NCBI GenBank assembly: GCA_051362555.1
Contig: CM120641.1
Location: 44,956,401 to 45,020,400 of the forward strand
Reading direction: 5' to 3'
DNA length: 64,000 nucleotides
Origin: Lingula anatina
Lineage: Eukaryota > Animalia > Brachiopoda
Shown: positions 63,110 to 64,000 of the stretch, piece after piece
Layout: every line of letters starts with the position of its first letter
Position numbering within the stretch: position 1 is the stretch's first letter
Position numbers and translations under genes: made by a program
The notes under the pieces: generated by a model
Seen by the model: only the letters and a program-made list of their open reading frames with translations
Database searches by the model: none
What the model was told of the DNA's origin: nothing

Positions 63110-63271
63110 CTTGAAAAATAAAGTTGAATTAAAACAATTACTTTATTTTCTCAAAAACTGTATAACTTTCATTCAACTATTTCTTAATCTATCTATGGAA
63201 GTGAGAAAAAAAATTGATAGCCTGCTACAAACAAGTTCTATATGGTCTGAAGTTGGCCATAACAAGGTAAG

Positions 63272-64000
63272 TACGGTAATGTGCCAAGCATTTCGACGGG
63301 CCCAGTCAATCCGACCACAAAAATTATTTTATAAAATTAATTTTTCTGGACTCAAACAATTAGTCCATACGTCAAAATCATGGGACAGAATTTTTTTCTT
63401 GTTTCGATTGTTCGACCACATCGTCTACAAGACTCGGTAAATTTTCAAGCCAGTGAAATAGACGCTGCATGCCTCGGCCCTTTGTCAATTGTTGTCCTTT
63501 CAATAGCTCTCGTCAATGAGGAAGAAACAATTAACTGAAGATCTTATCTGGAAGCATGACGTACCTGTCTTTTCCTTTGTCCCCGATGACAATAATAGTG
63601 CTTAAAGACATACAAATTTTGCTATTAAGCAGACTTGCCCTCGCTGACTGATTCATCACGCCCGTAACTGGGGAGGGGGGGGGGGGGGTTAAAAAAAGGT
63701 CTATTCTGGATGAAACCAAAAATCGACAGTGGGTAGAATGCGTCGTAAACACCTTCATATAGACCATATATCGCGTTTGCTAGCAATAAAAAGTTTGGGA
63801 AGAATAAGCAATTTATTTTCAAGTTCGATTGAAATATATATGCAGATGGGGAAACGTTCTTGAAGTCAACACCGCAAGATCTTACATTTACTACAACCAA
63901 CCGAAAGATCAGTGGGATCGACCGCCCAGACTTCTTGGCGCCAAATACCACGCGCTGTCAAAATCTGACGAACACGTGTCGCTGTTCACCTACATGGATA
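63272..64000. mobile_element. possible Tc1/mariner-like DNA element in a WDR90 intron, running off the window
   Basis: The sequence switches abruptly to CpG-rich at TA-cggtaatgtgccaagcatttcg. The other end is not visible. Confidence 0.3.

Overview
This is AT-rich animal genomic DNA, most likely lophotrochozoan or molluscan (inferred from gene style and repeat types). All recognisable genes lie on the minus strand. The right end holds the last 21 coding exons of WDR90 (52597-63109), which I spliced by hand into one open frame of about 947 aa. The centre (about 22.1-49.7 kb) is a tandem array of vertebrate-type (single-cysteine-cluster) Toll-like receptor genes with intronless coding regions. 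Three copies are intact, one has a single homopolymer frameshift, one is a true pseudogene, and there are at least three 5' relics. The paralogs are patchwork mosaics of one another, carry a hypervariable central loop, and sit behind repeated NF-kB/AP-1/ETS/GATA modules. About 1 kb past the last TLR stop codon is the 60-nt first coding exon of the ryanodine receptor (MADAAESGKSEQDDVSFLRT), which the ORF track missed. Its first intron appears to fill the left 21 kb. Non-autonomous DNA transposons (PIF/Harbinger-like with TWA target duplications, Kolobok-like with TTAA duplications), an RTE LINE 3' end and microsatellites are scattered through the window.
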